Assembly (NCBI GenBank): GCA_020048155.1
Contig: JAIFMY010000056.1
Location: 10,768 to 74,767, forward strand
DNA length: 64,000 nucleotides
Direction: 5' to 3'
Source: Bacteroidota bacterium
GTDB lineage: Bacteria > Bacteroidota > Bacteroidia > Bacteroidales > DYOH01
Shown here one piece after another: positions 47,069 to 57,533 of this stretch. A program made the position numbers and the translations under genes. The notes beneath the pieces are model-generated. The model was given only the letters and a program-made list of their open reading frames with translations, made no database searches and had not been told where the DNA came from. Within the stretch, counting starts at the first letter, position 1; each line of letters begins with the position of its first letter.

Positions 47069-47166
47069 TCGAAGAAAATACCTGACTCCGAAAAGGTGGA
47101 TTGTGGTGAGCACCTCGTTCGGAACGACGGTAGACTTTTGATGCAGCAAGAGCATCACTTAACAAA

Positions 47167-47205
47167 ACACCCCGGTATGATTGCGGCATACGGGGTGTTT
47201 TTTTT
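47167..47205. terminator. Bidirectional GC-rich hairpin terminator
   Basis: ACACCCCGGTATG (47167-47179) pairs with CATACGGGGTGT (47187-47198), with one bulge. T8 lies downstream and an A-rich run upstream. Confidence 0.75.
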
Positions 47206-47237
47206 GCAAACAGGTGGCATGAAAGCCAATGAACTGT

Positions 47238-47900
47238 TTACGATTCAAAAAGTGTTCTTTCTATATATCTTTGGTAGTCGTTCATGGCATGGGTTATCAC
47301 GTCGCGTGCCTCATTGGGCGAATACAAATGTGTAATTTCGCAACCTTTACGCTCACCGGGCATATCTTTGTAAGTCAAGAAATAGTGGCGCAAACGCTCA
47401 ATCACAGCCATAGGCACATCTGCCACATCATGAAAATTGCCATATACGGCATCTCCAACCAATACTGCTATGATTTTGTCGTCGGCCTCAGCGCCATCTA
47501 TCATGCGGAAACCACCAATAGGGCGTGCCTGCACCAGCAAATCGCCGTGCGTAATTTCCTTTTCGGTGAGAATACAAATATCGAGTGGGTCGCCATCGCC
47601 TACTATATTGGGGCGCTCAAGGGCTGCGCGGCTTAGCTTTGCAACTTCGTCGCCACAATAGGTTTGGGGTATAAATCCATACATAGCAGGCAAAATGCTA
47701 CTATACTTCTGCGGACGGTCTATGGTAAGAAAACCGCTGTGTTTGTCTATTTCATATTTCACAGTATCGGTGGGAACCATTTCAACGAAAACCGTGAGTA
47801 TATCCGGGGCGTGTGCACCTACGTCTATACCATGCCATGGGTGCGATTTGTAGCGCAATCCCATCAGTTTGCCAATTGGGTCAATAGATTTTTTTGCCAT
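47238..47900 (-). CDS. ppa: Family I inorganic pyrophosphatase (long form)
   Basis: 220 aa. HPWHGI, VKYEIDK and DGDPLDICIL motifs are present. Confidence 0.9.
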   Translation of the reverse strand: MAKKSIDPIGKLMGLRYKSHPWHGIDVGAHAPDILTVFVEMVPTDTVKYEIDKHSGFLTIDRPQKYSSILPAMYGFIPQTYCGDEVAKLSRAALERPNIVGDGDPLDICILTEKEITHGDLLVQARPIGGFRMIDGAEADDKIIAVLVGDAVYGNFHDVADVPMAVIERLRHYFLTYKDMPGERKGCEITHLYSPNEARDVITHAMNDYQRYIERTLFES

Positions 47901-47920
47901 TGTTATTTTGTATTAAATTA

Positions 47921-49792
47921 TTATCTGTCATTAAGTTCAAGCCACCTGAATTCTTTCTCGTCAATTATCTCAATAAGTTGGGCTATCCGTTTCGATTTTT
48001 CCATCAGTTCGTCTGCTTTCAGCGTACCCGAGTTTAGTAAATCCTCTAAATTAGTTTTTTCTTGGGTGAAATTCTCAATCTCGGCCTCCAATTGTTCCAG
48101 TTCCTTCTGTTCTTTGTAACTGAGTTTCTTTTTCGAAGTATCTGAATTTGGGGTCTGAAAAGACCTTTTTATCTCTACGGGTTTTGCCTTTTCCTTTTCC
48201 ATTTTTATACGGAAGTCTTCGGCATCGCGGTAGTCGGCATAGTTTCCAGGGAAAGTACTTATGTTTCCTTCACCTTCAAATACAAACAGCTGGTCTACTA
48301 CTTTATCCATAAAAAACCTATCGTGCGAAACAATCACTACAGAGCCTGCAAACTGTATGAGGTAATCTTCGAGAACATTCAGTGTCATGATATCCAAATC
48401 GTTGGTTGGCTCATCGAGTATAAGCAGGTTAGGGTTTCGCATGAGTATGGTCATCAGGTATAGCCTGCGGCGCTCGCCTCCACTTAGTTTTTCTACATAG
48501 GAGTACTGCATGACTGCATTGAACAAAAAATGCTCGAGAAACTGACTCACCGACATTACCCTGCCACTGCCCAATGTTACCACTTCAGCAATGTCAGACA
48601 CCACATCTATAACCCTTTGTCCGGGTTTAAATTGCATGCCTTCTTGCCTATAATATCCGGAGACCACGGTTTCGCCATGTTCTATGGTGCCACTATCGGG
48701 CTGCATGCCGCCCGTTATCACGTTCAGAAAAGTAGATTTGCCCACTCCATTCGGACCTATAATGCCGATACGTTCGCCACGAGCGAAAGTGTAACTAAAG
48801 TTGCTTATGAGGTTCTTACCAGCTATAGATTTACTCATGCCGTTTATAACCAGCACTTTGTTGCCCAATCTGCGGGTTTTTATATCGAACTGAACTTGTT
48901 TTTCGGAAAAAGATTCTGAAGCCCGTTCTTTGAGCTTGTAATACGCATCAATGCGCGATTTGGCCTTGGTGGCGCGTGCCTGTGGCATGCGGCTCATCCA
49001 ATCTTGCTCGGTTTTGAGCAGGTTCCGGGCACGTTCTACATTCATTATCTGATTGTCGAGCCTGTCCTGGCGTTTTTCGAGGTAGTATGCATAATTGCCT
49101 CTGTACCATTGCGCTGTTTTTTTCTCAAGTTCTATGATATCGGTACACACATGGTCTAGGAAATAGCGGTCATGCGTTACCATGAGCAAGGTAAACTGCT
49201 TTCGGGTAAGAAACTCTTCGAGCCATTCTATCATCACCAAGTCGAGGTGGTTGGTAGGTTCATCGAGAATCAGCAAATCGGGCTGCTCTATGAGTGCCTG
49301 GGCCAGTGCTACCCTCTTTTTTTGTCCTCCGGAAAGGTGCTCTATACGCTGGTGAATATCGGCGATATTGAGTTTGCTGAGAATTTGGCTTACACGGGTT
49401 TCAAAATCCCATCCGCCAAGTACTTCCATTTGGTGCACAGCCTCGTCGAGCGTATGGTCGGCCACATGTATGGCTTTGTCAAAAGCCTCATATGCCTTAC
49501 GCAGTTGCACCGAGTTTCTGAAAAGTTCTTCTAGAATGGTATGCCCGAGTGTAAAATCGGGGTCCTGTGGCAAATAGCCAATCTTGATATCGTTTCGGAA
49601 AGTGACTTTGCCCAGATCAATTGATTCCTGACCCATAATCATGCGAATGAGCGTGGTTTTGCCCATCCCATTTTTAGCAATGAGGGCTATTTTCTGATCT
49701 TTTCCTACTGAAAATGAAATATTTTCGAATAGTGTATTTTCACCAAAACTCTTTGAAACTTGTTCTACCTGTAAATAATTTATCATATACAA
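47921..49792 (-). CDS. ABC-F family ATPase (Uup-like; two ABC domains plus a C-terminal coiled coil)
   Basis: Two Walker A motifs (GKNGMGKTT, GPNGVGKST) and two signature motifs (LSGGQKKR, LSGGERRR). No TM domain. Confidence 0.9.
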   Translation of the reverse strand: MYMINYLQVEQVSKSFGENTLFENISFSVGKDQKIALIAKNGMGKTTLIRMIMGQESIDLGKVTFRNDIKIGYLPQDPDFTLGHTILEELFRNSVQLRKAYEAFDKAIHVADHTLDEAVHQMEVLGGWDFETRVSQILSKLNIADIHQRIEHLSGGQKKRVALAQALIEQPDLLILDEPTNHLDLVMIEWLEEFLTRKQFTLLMVTHDRYFLDHVCTDIIELEKKTAQWYRGNYAYYLEKRQDRLDNQIMNVERARNLLKTEQDWMSRMPQARATKAKSRIDAYYKLKERASESFSEKQVQFDIKTRRLGNKVLVINGMSKSIAGKNLISNFSYTFARGERIGIIGPNGVGKSTFLNVITGGMQPDSGTIEHGETVVSGYYRQEGMQFKPGQRVIDVVSDIAEVVTLGSGRVMSVSQFLEHFLFNAVMQYSYVEKLSGGERRRLYLMTILMRNPNLLILDEPTNDLDIMTLNVLEDYLIQFAGSVVIVSHDRFFMDKVVDQLFVFEGEGNISTFPGNYADYRDAEDFRIKMEKEKAKPVEIKRSFQTPNSDTSKKKLSYKEQKELEQLEAEIENFTQEKTNLEDLLNSGTLKADELMEKSKRIAQLIEIIDEKEFRWLELNDR

Positions 49793-49869
49793 TTAAGCAT
49801 AGGGCAAAAGTAGCTAAAAATGATGCACGAAAAATAGGTTTCGGAATATAATTAGAAATGTTTGAGCAA

Positions 49870-51786
49870 TTATTTCTTCAGAGATAGAGCCAAATCAGGG
49901 GTATACATTATTTCTCCTTCTTCCAGCATTTGCATGACCACCCTACTGAGCAACACAATGTCCAGTTTGTGCTTTGTAGCCATATCATCAATTGTAATTT
50001 TTTCAGTACTCAATGTGCTTAATATCATACTTTTATAATTTATAATCACCGAATCTTCTGGTTTATCTTTGGAATCGGCGCGGCACACATCGCATATGCC
50101 ACAGTCTTCGCCATTGTTTTCACCAAAATACTCAAGCAGCAGCCTGCTGCGGCATTTGTGGCGGCTCATGGCATAACCAAGCATAGCAGCCATGCGGCTG
50201 GTATATCTTTCTTTACGTTCCCGGTATTCGCGGGCATTTATGCGCAGATTATCATTATCGAGCCTTTCGGTCAGAAAACTGATTTGAGGTGAGGTACGCC
50301 GTGGTATGTATTGTACTATATGTAACTTATTAATGGTTTTGAGGTACTCGTATATTACTTTGGGCTCAGTTTTGGCTTGGCGTGCTATGTAGCGTTCGTC
50401 TATAGGGGTGAAATCTGTAAACAAACCTGTATACATGCGCATAATCAGTTTTATGAATACATCTATCTGGGCATTGGCTACTTGCACTTTATATAATTCT
50501 TCTCTGTCCATCACAAATTTGATGACGGATGGCATGTAAAAATCGTCGTTAAGCGCCAGATAGCCATCGTTCTGAAGCTGCGACAAAGCAGCATGTACTA
50601 TATTCACCGGCATTTTGTAGCGTTGTGCAAAATCGAACATATCAAAATTGAAGCTTTGCTCGAGGCCAGAACCTATAGGCAACTGAAAATAATTGCCCAG
50701 CGCTGCGTAAATGCTTTTAATATCGGCAATGGGTGGAAAACTGCTGTCGAGGCGGTTCATAGCCTTTCGTCGGTCAGATTCGGCAAAAAGCAGTACGGCA
50801 AAAGCAGTTTTTTCATCCCTTCCTGCGCGTCCGGCTTCCTGAAAATATGCCTCCGGACTATCGGGCAAATCGAGGTGTACCACAAATCTTACATCAGGTT
50901 TATCTATACCCATACCAAAAGCATTTGTGGCTACTATTACCCGGGTGCGCCCGTCTTTCCAATCTTTCTGCTTCCTGTCTTTGTCTTCGGGTTTGAGTCC
51001 GGCGTGATAATAATCGGCTGAAATGCGATTTTGGTTCAAAAATTCGGCTACCTCTTTAGTCTTATTTCTCAGCCGCACATATACTACTCCACTGCCTTTT
51101 GTATTGTTGAGTATGCGCAGCAGATAGTTGAGTTTATCCTCGGTATAGCGCACCAGGTACGTGAGGTTTTTGCGCGAAAAACTTTTCCTGAAAACATTTT
51201 CTTCCTTGAATGCGAGGCGTTTCTGTATATCGCCAACCACGGTGGCTGTAGCAGTAGCTGTGAGCGCCAATATGGGTACTTTTGGCAAATGTTGTCTGAG
51301 TTCAGCTATTTTGAGGTATGAGGGGCGAAAATCGTACCCCCATTGTGATATGCAATGCGCCTCATCTACAGCAATAAATGAAATATGCAATTGAGGAAGT
51401 TTTTCCATAAAAAGTGAGGTAGAAAGACGCTCTGGTGAAACATACAAAAACTTGTAAGCGCCAAACTGACAATTGTTGAGCATGGTTTCGATCTCGTTTC
51501 GCGACATTCCCGAAAATATAGCTGCAGCTCGTATTCCCCTCGCTTTCAGGTTATCTACCTGATCCTTCATGAGCGATATAAGAGGTGTTATCACCAGACA
51601 AACCCCTTCGGCAGACATAGCAGGAACCTGAAACAATATGGATTTTCCGCCTCCGGTGGGCAGTAATCCAAGTGTATCGCGTGAATGGGTGCCTATGCTT
51701 TCAATTATTTCTTCCTGCAACGGACGAAATGCATCGTAACCCCAGTATTGTTTCAAAACCGATCTGTATTTGTTGCTTCCTTCCAT
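49870..51786 (-). CDS. recQ: RecQ family ATP-dependent DNA helicase
   Basis: LPTGGGKS, DEAHCISQWGYDFRPSY, and the Zn-binding cluster CRSRLLLEYFGE...CGICDVC are present. Confidence 0.9.
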   Translation of the reverse strand: MEGSNKYRSVLKQYWGYDAFRPLQEEIIESIGTHSRDTLGLLPTGGGKSILFQVPAMSAEGVCLVITPLISLMKDQVDNLKARGIRAAAIFSGMSRNEIETMLNNCQFGAYKFLYVSPERLSTSLFMEKLPQLHISFIAVDEAHCISQWGYDFRPSYLKIAELRQHLPKVPILALTATATATVVGDIQKRLAFKEENVFRKSFSRKNLTYLVRYTEDKLNYLLRILNNTKGSGVVYVRLRNKTKEVAEFLNQNRISADYYHAGLKPEDKDRKQKDWKDGRTRVIVATNAFGMGIDKPDVRFVVHLDLPDSPEAYFQEAGRAGRDEKTAFAVLLFAESDRRKAMNRLDSSFPPIADIKSIYAALGNYFQLPIGSGLEQSFNFDMFDFAQRYKMPVNIVHAALSQLQNDGYLALNDDFYMPSVIKFVMDREELYKVQVANAQIDVFIKLIMRMYTGLFTDFTPIDERYIARQAKTEPKVIYEYLKTINKLHIVQYIPRRTSPQISFLTERLDNDNLRINAREYRERKERYTSRMAAMLGYAMSRHKCRSRLLLEYFGENNGEDCGICDVCRADSKDKPEDSVIINYKSMILSTLSTEKITIDDMATKHKLDIVLLSRVVMQMLEEGEIMYTPDLALSLKK

Positions 51787-51998
51787 TCGTAGTTTTTACA
51801 ATGCAGCCTATATTAAACCTTTACGCTTTTTTTAATCATGGTTTATACCGGGTTCTAAATTAATTGAATTCGGACGAATTAGCACCATGGTTCATTTTTT
51901 TTAAACATTGGCATACAAATAAAATAATTTCATTATTTGCTAATTAATTACTAATTTTAGCAGTACAATCTAAAACATTTCATTGTCCGAAATTACGC

Positions 51999-54900
51999 AT
52001 GGTGAGCTTAATAAATTTGAAATTCGGTAAAATATTTTTCATCAAAATAATTTTGGTTTTAAATGTACTAAGTGTCATTTCTCTTCAAAAAGCTTATGCC
52101 CAGAATAAAACTGAAATGACAGATAGCTTGCTGAAAGTTGAACCCATGCAGCAGTATCCTAAACGCATACATACTCAATTATTGTTATCGGAATTGTATC
52201 TGAACACCGATTCCGTAACGGCACGTAAATATGCAACTTTAGCACTTGAAAAAGCCAAAAACTTAAGAGAAAATGCACTCGTAGTGAGTTCGTATAGTAT
52301 TTTAGCCAAGATTTCAAATCTGCATTTTGATTACAATAATTCATATGAGTATCTTTCAGCTGCTCTCAAGTATACTGATTCTGTAAATAGCCCTAATTTG
52401 TATTACAGATTAAAATATGAAATTGCTGAGGTTTTTATGGAAAAAACCATGTTCCACGATTCATACCAATTCGCATATTCATCTCTCAATTATTACGAGA
52501 AATTCAACAACTCTGATACTATAGGCTATTTATACAATATTCTTGGAAAACTACATTGGTATTTGGGTGAGTTGGACAAAGCCAATGAAATGCATATGAT
52601 GGCTTTAACTTTCTTTGAAGCTCAGCAAAACAAATTAGGTCAGGCCATTACCTGTAATCATTTGGGAAATATTTTCTATTCACTCGAGAATTACAACCGT
52701 TCACTAAGCTATTACAACCAAGCTTTATCACTGCTCAATAAAAATAATGATCTGAAACTTTATACAGGAATCATAAATAACAAAGCGGAAGTATATGAAG
52801 CGCTACGCGACAATGTAACTGCCCTGCGTATGCACAAAGAATCATATCTTATTTCTCGCAAAATAAAACATAGGGCAGGCATTGCCATAAGTGCTGATAA
52901 TATAGGTGAAATATATATGAACACAGGCAAACTCGACAGTGCCGATGATTATTTCAATATAGCACTCAAAGAAGCTCAGCTTATAAACTACAAATACGCC
53001 CAAACCTATACGTTCAATAATTTGGGAAAACTTAACACCTTGCGAGGCAGGTACCACGAAGCTGAGGTTTTTCTTAAGAAAGCCGAGCAGATTTCAGAAA
53101 GTTCTAAACTGAAAGAGTTGCAACTGCTAAACTATTATTACTTCATGGATCTCTACAAAAAATCGGGAAGATTTGAAGAATCGTTGAACTACTACAACCA
53201 ATACGTAAAAATAAAAGAATTGCTTGGCAACGAAAAGATGACCAATAAAATAGCCGAATTGCAAATAAAATATGATGCCGACAAAAAGCAAACCCAAATA
53301 AATATACTTAACGAAAGCAACAAACTCATAAGGGAACTGAATAAGAGGCAGTTGTGGCTACTTATGTTTTCGGGCATAGCGCTTGTGATGCTTACAATAC
53401 TTGCGCTATTACTCATAAAAAAAGATCGTAGAAATAAGCATGCCAATGTGCTGCTAGCCAATAGAAATGCCGAAATAAATGCCACCCAAATAGAACTGCA
53501 AAGGGTAAATAGCGAGTTGAAAGAAAGTGCAAACCGACTAAAAATGATAGTGCACAAACTGCCCGTTATCATGAATGCTATAGACGAAGAAGGCAACTTT
53601 ATTTTCTGGAACGAAGAATGCGAAAAGGTTTCGGGATATACAGCACAAGAAATGGTTCACAACAAAAATGCGCTGAGCCTCTTGTATCCAAACGAATCGG
53701 ACAGAATACTACTCACTACCGGCATTTTGCATAAAAAAGATTTCAGAAACGAAATAACCAAAATTACCTGCAAAGACCAGACTCAAAGAGTAATTTCATG
53801 GTCTAATGTTTCAAAATCTGCACCTATACCCGGGTGGTGGGAATGGATAGTAGGAATAGATATCACCGAAAGATATAATTTCGAGCACTCGCTTCAACAA
53901 GAGAAAGCCATTCTGAACAGCCTCATCAATTCAATTCCGTTTGTGGTATACTACAAAGACCTGAACGGCAAATATATGGGCTACAATCCTGCATTTATAT
54001 CACTATACAGCCATCTGGAAGGTTCGCTCATTGGACTTACTGATTACGACATATTTTCGACACAGGAAGCAGAGGAAGCTGAGATAATAGAAGCAGAACT
54101 CATGAAAAGCAGGCATATATGGACTGGTGAATATTGGTACGATGTACCCGATAAAAAGAAAATATTATTTCAAACATCCAAATCGCCCATTATCAACGAT
54201 AAAGGCGATGTTATAGGGCTTGTGTGTATAAGCCGCGACATTACCGAAAGATTTGAATACGAGCAAGAACTTGACAAAGCCCGACTTAAAGCAGAACAAT
54301 CGGACAAACTTAAATCCGCGTTTCTGGCCAACATGAGCCATGAAATTCGCACCCCAATGAATGCTATTATAGGATTTGCCGAATTGCTCAACAATCATGA
54401 GCTCACACACGAGCAACAAGAATTGTACATACAATACATCAACAACAGTGGCAACAATTTGCTTAACCTGATAGACGACATCATAGATACCGCCAAAATT
54501 GAAGCCGGACAGATAAAAATCAGGAAAACCAAAACGCAAATCAACAAAGTGCTTGATGAATTGCTACTGTCATTTAGCGATATCATGAAACGTAAAAATG
54601 TAAACTTGGTTGAACTAAGGCTCCTGAAAAGCCTCGATGACAGATGGATGGTGATAAATACAGATAGCAACCGTTTCCGCCAAATCGTATCTAATCTGCT
54701 CGGAAACGCTATCAAATTTACTGATGCAGGTTATATTGAATTCGGATACAAATACCTCGAACATTCAGATGAGCTTGAGTTTTTTGTAAAAGATACCGGA
54801 ATTGGAATTGCTGAAGATAAGTTTCAAGTAATTTTTGAGCGCTTTGGTCAAATAGATAAAGACATAGCCCGAAATACTAAAGGAACAGGACTTGGACTGA

Positions 54901-55445
54901 ATATAACCCAAAAACTAGTAGAACTATTGGGTGGTAGAATATGGGTAGACTCTGTACTGGGGAAAGGAGCAATTTTTTATTTCACCCTGCCATACACCCC
55001 TATAAAAGAGCTCAATGAAGAGAAATCCGAACTGAAACCCAAAGTAAACACTGAGATGCGTAGCTCATGGCCAGGCAAACTTATTCTCATAGTTGAAGAT
55101 GATAGACTCAATTATACCATTTTGAAAAAATACCTGCAGAAATCCAAAGTAAATATCATCTGGGCACAAAATGGCCAAGAAGCTATTGATTTATGTAAGA
55201 AACAAGACGAGGAAAACCAGAACATAGATCTCATACTTATGGATATGCAAATGCCCATCATGAATGGGTTTGAAGCAACAAGGCTCATAGTAAAGCTATT
55301 CCCGTACATACCTGTGATAGCCCAAACAGCCAATGCGATGAATTCGGAAAAGGATGATGCTGCCGAAGCAGGTTGTCTGGACTATATTACCAAACCCATC
55401 AGGCAATCCCAGTTGCTCGATGTGCTGAATAAATATCTGAATTAG
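51999..55445 (+). CDS. Hybrid sensor kinase: TPR array, TM helix, two PAS-like regions, HisKA, HATPase_c, receiver
   Basis: 1148 aa. The TM helix is LWLLMFSGIALVMLTILALLLI. The H-box is FLANMSHEIRTPMN. G-boxes are DTGIGI and GTGLGL. The receiver has ILIVEDD...LILMDMQMP...KP. Confidence 0.9.
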   Translation: MVSLINLKFGKIFFIKIILVLNVLSVISLQKAYAQNKTEMTDSLLKVEPMQQYPKRIHTQLLLSELYLNTDSVTARKYATLALEKAKNLRENALVVSSYSILAKISNLHFDYNNSYEYLSAALKYTDSVNSPNLYYRLKYEIAEVFMEKTMFHDSYQFAYSSLNYYEKFNNSDTIGYLYNILGKLHWYLGELDKANEMHMMALTFFEAQQNKLGQAITCNHLGNIFYSLENYNRSLSYYNQALSLLNKNNDLKLYTGIINNKAEVYEALRDNVTALRMHKESYLISRKIKHRAGIAISADNIGEIYMNTGKLDSADDYFNIALKEAQLINYKYAQTYTFNNLGKLNTLRGRYHEAEVFLKKAEQISESSKLKELQLLNYYYFMDLYKKSGRFEESLNYYNQYVKIKELLGNEKMTNKIAELQIKYDADKKQTQINILNESNKLIRELNKRQLWLLMFSGIALVMLTILALLLIKKDRRNKHANVLLANRNAEINATQIELQRVNSELKESANRLKMIVHKLPVIMNAIDEEGNFIFWNEECEKVSGYTAQEMVHNKNALSLLYPNESDRILLTTGILHKKDFRNEITKITCKDQTQRVISWSNVSKSAPIPGWWEWIVGIDITERYNFEHSLQQEKAILNSLINSIPFVVYYKDLNGKYMGYNPAFISLYSHLEGSLIGLTDYDIFSTQEAEEAEIIEAELMKSRHIWTGEYWYDVPDKKKILFQTSKSPIINDKGDVIGLVCISRDITERFEYEQELDKARLKAEQSDKLKSAFLANMSHEIRTPMNAIIGFAELLNNHELTHEQQELYIQYINNSGNNLLNLIDDIIDTAKIEAGQIKIRKTKTQINKVLDELLLSFSDIMKRKNVNLVELRLLKSLDDRWMVINTDSNRFRQIVSNLLGNAIKFTDAGYIEFGYKYLEHSDELEFFVKDTGIGIAEDKFQVIFERFGQIDKDIARNTKGTGLGLNITQKLVELLGGRIWVDSVLGKGAIFYFTLPYTPIKELNEEKSELKPKVNTEMRSSWPGKLILIVEDDRLNYTILKKYLQKSKVNIIWAQNGQEAIDLCKKQDEENQNIDLILMDMQMPIMNGFEATRLIVKLFPYIPVIAQTANAMNSEKDDAAEAGCLDYITKPIRQSQLLDVLNKYLN

Positions 55446-55479
55446 ACTTTAAGCTATTTGTCGTCAACCAAATAAAATT

Positions 55480-57048
55480 ATGAAAAAGGATAAAATAATA
55501 ATAGTCGAAGATACCAAAATCATAGCACTCGATTTAAATCTGAAACTCGAAAAATTTGGCTATGAGATTATTGGCATTTACGATTCGGGAGAAAAAGCAA
55601 TAGAAGCTATACAAAAGAGCAAGCCAGATATAATACTTATGGATATCATGCTGGCAGGCAACATGTCGGGTATTGATACAGCCGAACGCATAAACCAGTT
55701 ATTCAACATGCCTGTAATATACCTCACAGGCAGTACAAGCCACGACATAATTGAAAAAGCTAAAAAAACAAGGCCACTCGGCTATATACTCAAACCATAC
55801 AACGAACAACAATTGCAGATAACTTTGGAAATGGCCAGAGAAAAATATAAAGCCGACCTTGAACTCGAAATGCATAAAAATCACTTAGAAGATCTTGTAA
55901 AACAGCGTACTATAGAACTTATTAAGGCAAAAGAGAAAGCCGAGGAATCTGAGAAACTCAAAATGGCATTTCTCGCCAATATCTCGCATGAAATACGTAC
56001 GCCTATGAATTCAATAATCGGCTTTGCAGGATTGGTTTCGCAACCAGATCTCAATACTGCAAAAAGGCAAGAATTCTCTAATTACCTCAACAATAGCGCT
56101 CAAAGTCTACTCAGACTTATAGACGATCTCATAGATATTTCTGAAATAGAAAGTGGAAAAACGAATATAAAAATATCCAAATGCTACATAAATAAGGTAA
56201 TCAATGAAATATATATTACCTACAAGAATAAAATAGAAGCTGATTCCACCAAAAAAATAGAATTCAAGCCACATATAGACATTACTGACGAAAGCATACA
56301 CATACTTTCGGATGCGCAACGTATACGACAGATTTTCAAATATCTGCTCGAGAACGCTATAAAATATACCGAAAAAGGAATCATAGAATTTGGGTATACC
56401 TGCGATAATAAAAATGTAACCTTCTTTGTGAGAGACACAGGTATAGGCATTCCGTCCGACAAGCATCAGGCCATTTTTGAAAGCTTTTCAAAATTTGCAG
56501 ATTCAAAAGAAAAATTATACCGGGGCGCCGGACTGGGGCTAACCCTTACTAAAAAGATACTTGAAATGCTAAATGGTTCTATTTGGGTAGACTCGGTAAA
56601 AAACAAAGGAAGCGTTTTTTATTTCAATACCCAAACTCAACCAATTTCAGCGTATATACAAAATCAAATGGTGCAAATGAACAGCGCAAATGCAGGCGCC
56701 CGCAAAATGCTTATCATCTCATCTGATCTGAATAGTTCAAATTATTGTAAATTTCATCTCAATACACTATCTATCAATACTTTCACAATAGACCCAAAAA
56801 ACTCTCGAATTCCGGAACAATTGCCAGTAAAAATTTCCGGTGCCTTGTTCGACACTACTTCCTTTGATTCGGAAATTGAAATTCGGAATTTTCAATATTT
56901 CTATCCCAATATTCCTATTTTCTTGATAATTAATTCATTCGACGAACATTTTGAAATTTTTAGTGAATCTGATTTTCTAAAATACATATACAAACCTCTT
57001 AAAAAGAATAATCTGCTGAATACAATACAGACCACTATTGCACCATAA
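55480..57048 (+). CDS. Receiver-HisKA-HATPase_c hybrid kinase with a degenerate C-terminal receiver-like domain
   Basis: The N-terminal REC has IIIVEDT...IILMDIML...LKP. The H-box is FLANISHEIRTPMN. G-boxes are DTGIGI and GAGLGL. The C-terminal roughly 130 aa have a REC-like beta/alpha rhythm (MLIISSD, ALFDTT, IFLIINS, YKPL). Confidence 0.85.
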   Translation: MKKDKIIIVEDTKIIALDLNLKLEKFGYEIIGIYDSGEKAIEAIQKSKPDIILMDIMLAGNMSGIDTAERINQLFNMPVIYLTGSTSHDIIEKAKKTRPLGYILKPYNEQQLQITLEMAREKYKADLELEMHKNHLEDLVKQRTIELIKAKEKAEESEKLKMAFLANISHEIRTPMNSIIGFAGLVSQPDLNTAKRQEFSNYLNNSAQSLLRLIDDLIDISEIESGKTNIKISKCYINKVINEIYITYKNKIEADSTKKIEFKPHIDITDESIHILSDAQRIRQIFKYLLENAIKYTEKGIIEFGYTCDNKNVTFFVRDTGIGIPSDKHQAIFESFSKFADSKEKLYRGAGLGLTLTKKILEMLNGSIWVDSVKNKGSVFYFNTQTQPISAYIQNQMVQMNSANAGARKMLIISSDLNSSNYCKFHLNTLSINTFTIDPKNSRIPEQLPVKISGALFDTTSFDSEIEIRNFQYFYPNIPIFLIINSFDEHFEIFSESDFLKYIYKPLKKNNLLNTIQTTIAP

Positions 57049-57525
57049 TTCAAATGTACAATTCCAAATGTCTGCAGAAATTATGCATATAAAAAAACTA
57101 AAGTAGTTCAATCTGCAAAAAGGATTGCTATTGACTGTTGTTCTGGCAATTGACAGTACTTTATAGGTAGGGATTATGTTTGCATGCACACCAGTAAAAT
57201 TAGGTTTATGGCCCAAAACCAACGATTCCAAAATGCCCATTCCCCGCACAAAACCAATACAACGCAAACCCCATTAAACGAAATTCGAAGCCAAACATTC
57301 AGCATTCCTGATAATTTATGCACCGAAAACTGAAGCATAAAAAACCAACAAGATAAATTTTTAGCGTAAAGAATCTGTAGATATTTCAATTATAATACTG
57401 TATATCAATTTCATAAATGAATGGAATCACTAAAAACCTTGGTTAATAGTGTTAAAAACATTTAATTGAATAAATAATTTTTAATTTTTAATTTTTGAAT
57501 TAAAATATATTGTATTAATTTTGGA

Positions 57526-57533
57526 TACAGTTT
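57526..57533 (+). promoter_or_regulatory. Candidate -7 promoter element, TAATTTTG
   Basis: Exact TAnnTTTG match 28 nt upstream of the ATG at 57561. Confidence 0.35.

Noticed and set aside
47096-47661. Plus-strand ORFs (79, 135 and 74 aa) overlapping ppa and its terminator
   Set aside because: They are antisense to a highly conserved pyrophosphatase, and one crosses the GC-rich terminator hairpin. No motifs are present.
56977-57389. Minus-strand ORFs of 96 and 71 aa in the long non-coding region, considered as real genes
   Set aside because: The 71-aa ORF has a TTG start, and no recognisable motifs are present. The hydrophobic Trp/Phe/Val-rich translation is what any G/T-rich strand yields. 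It is kept only as one alternative in the finding for this region.
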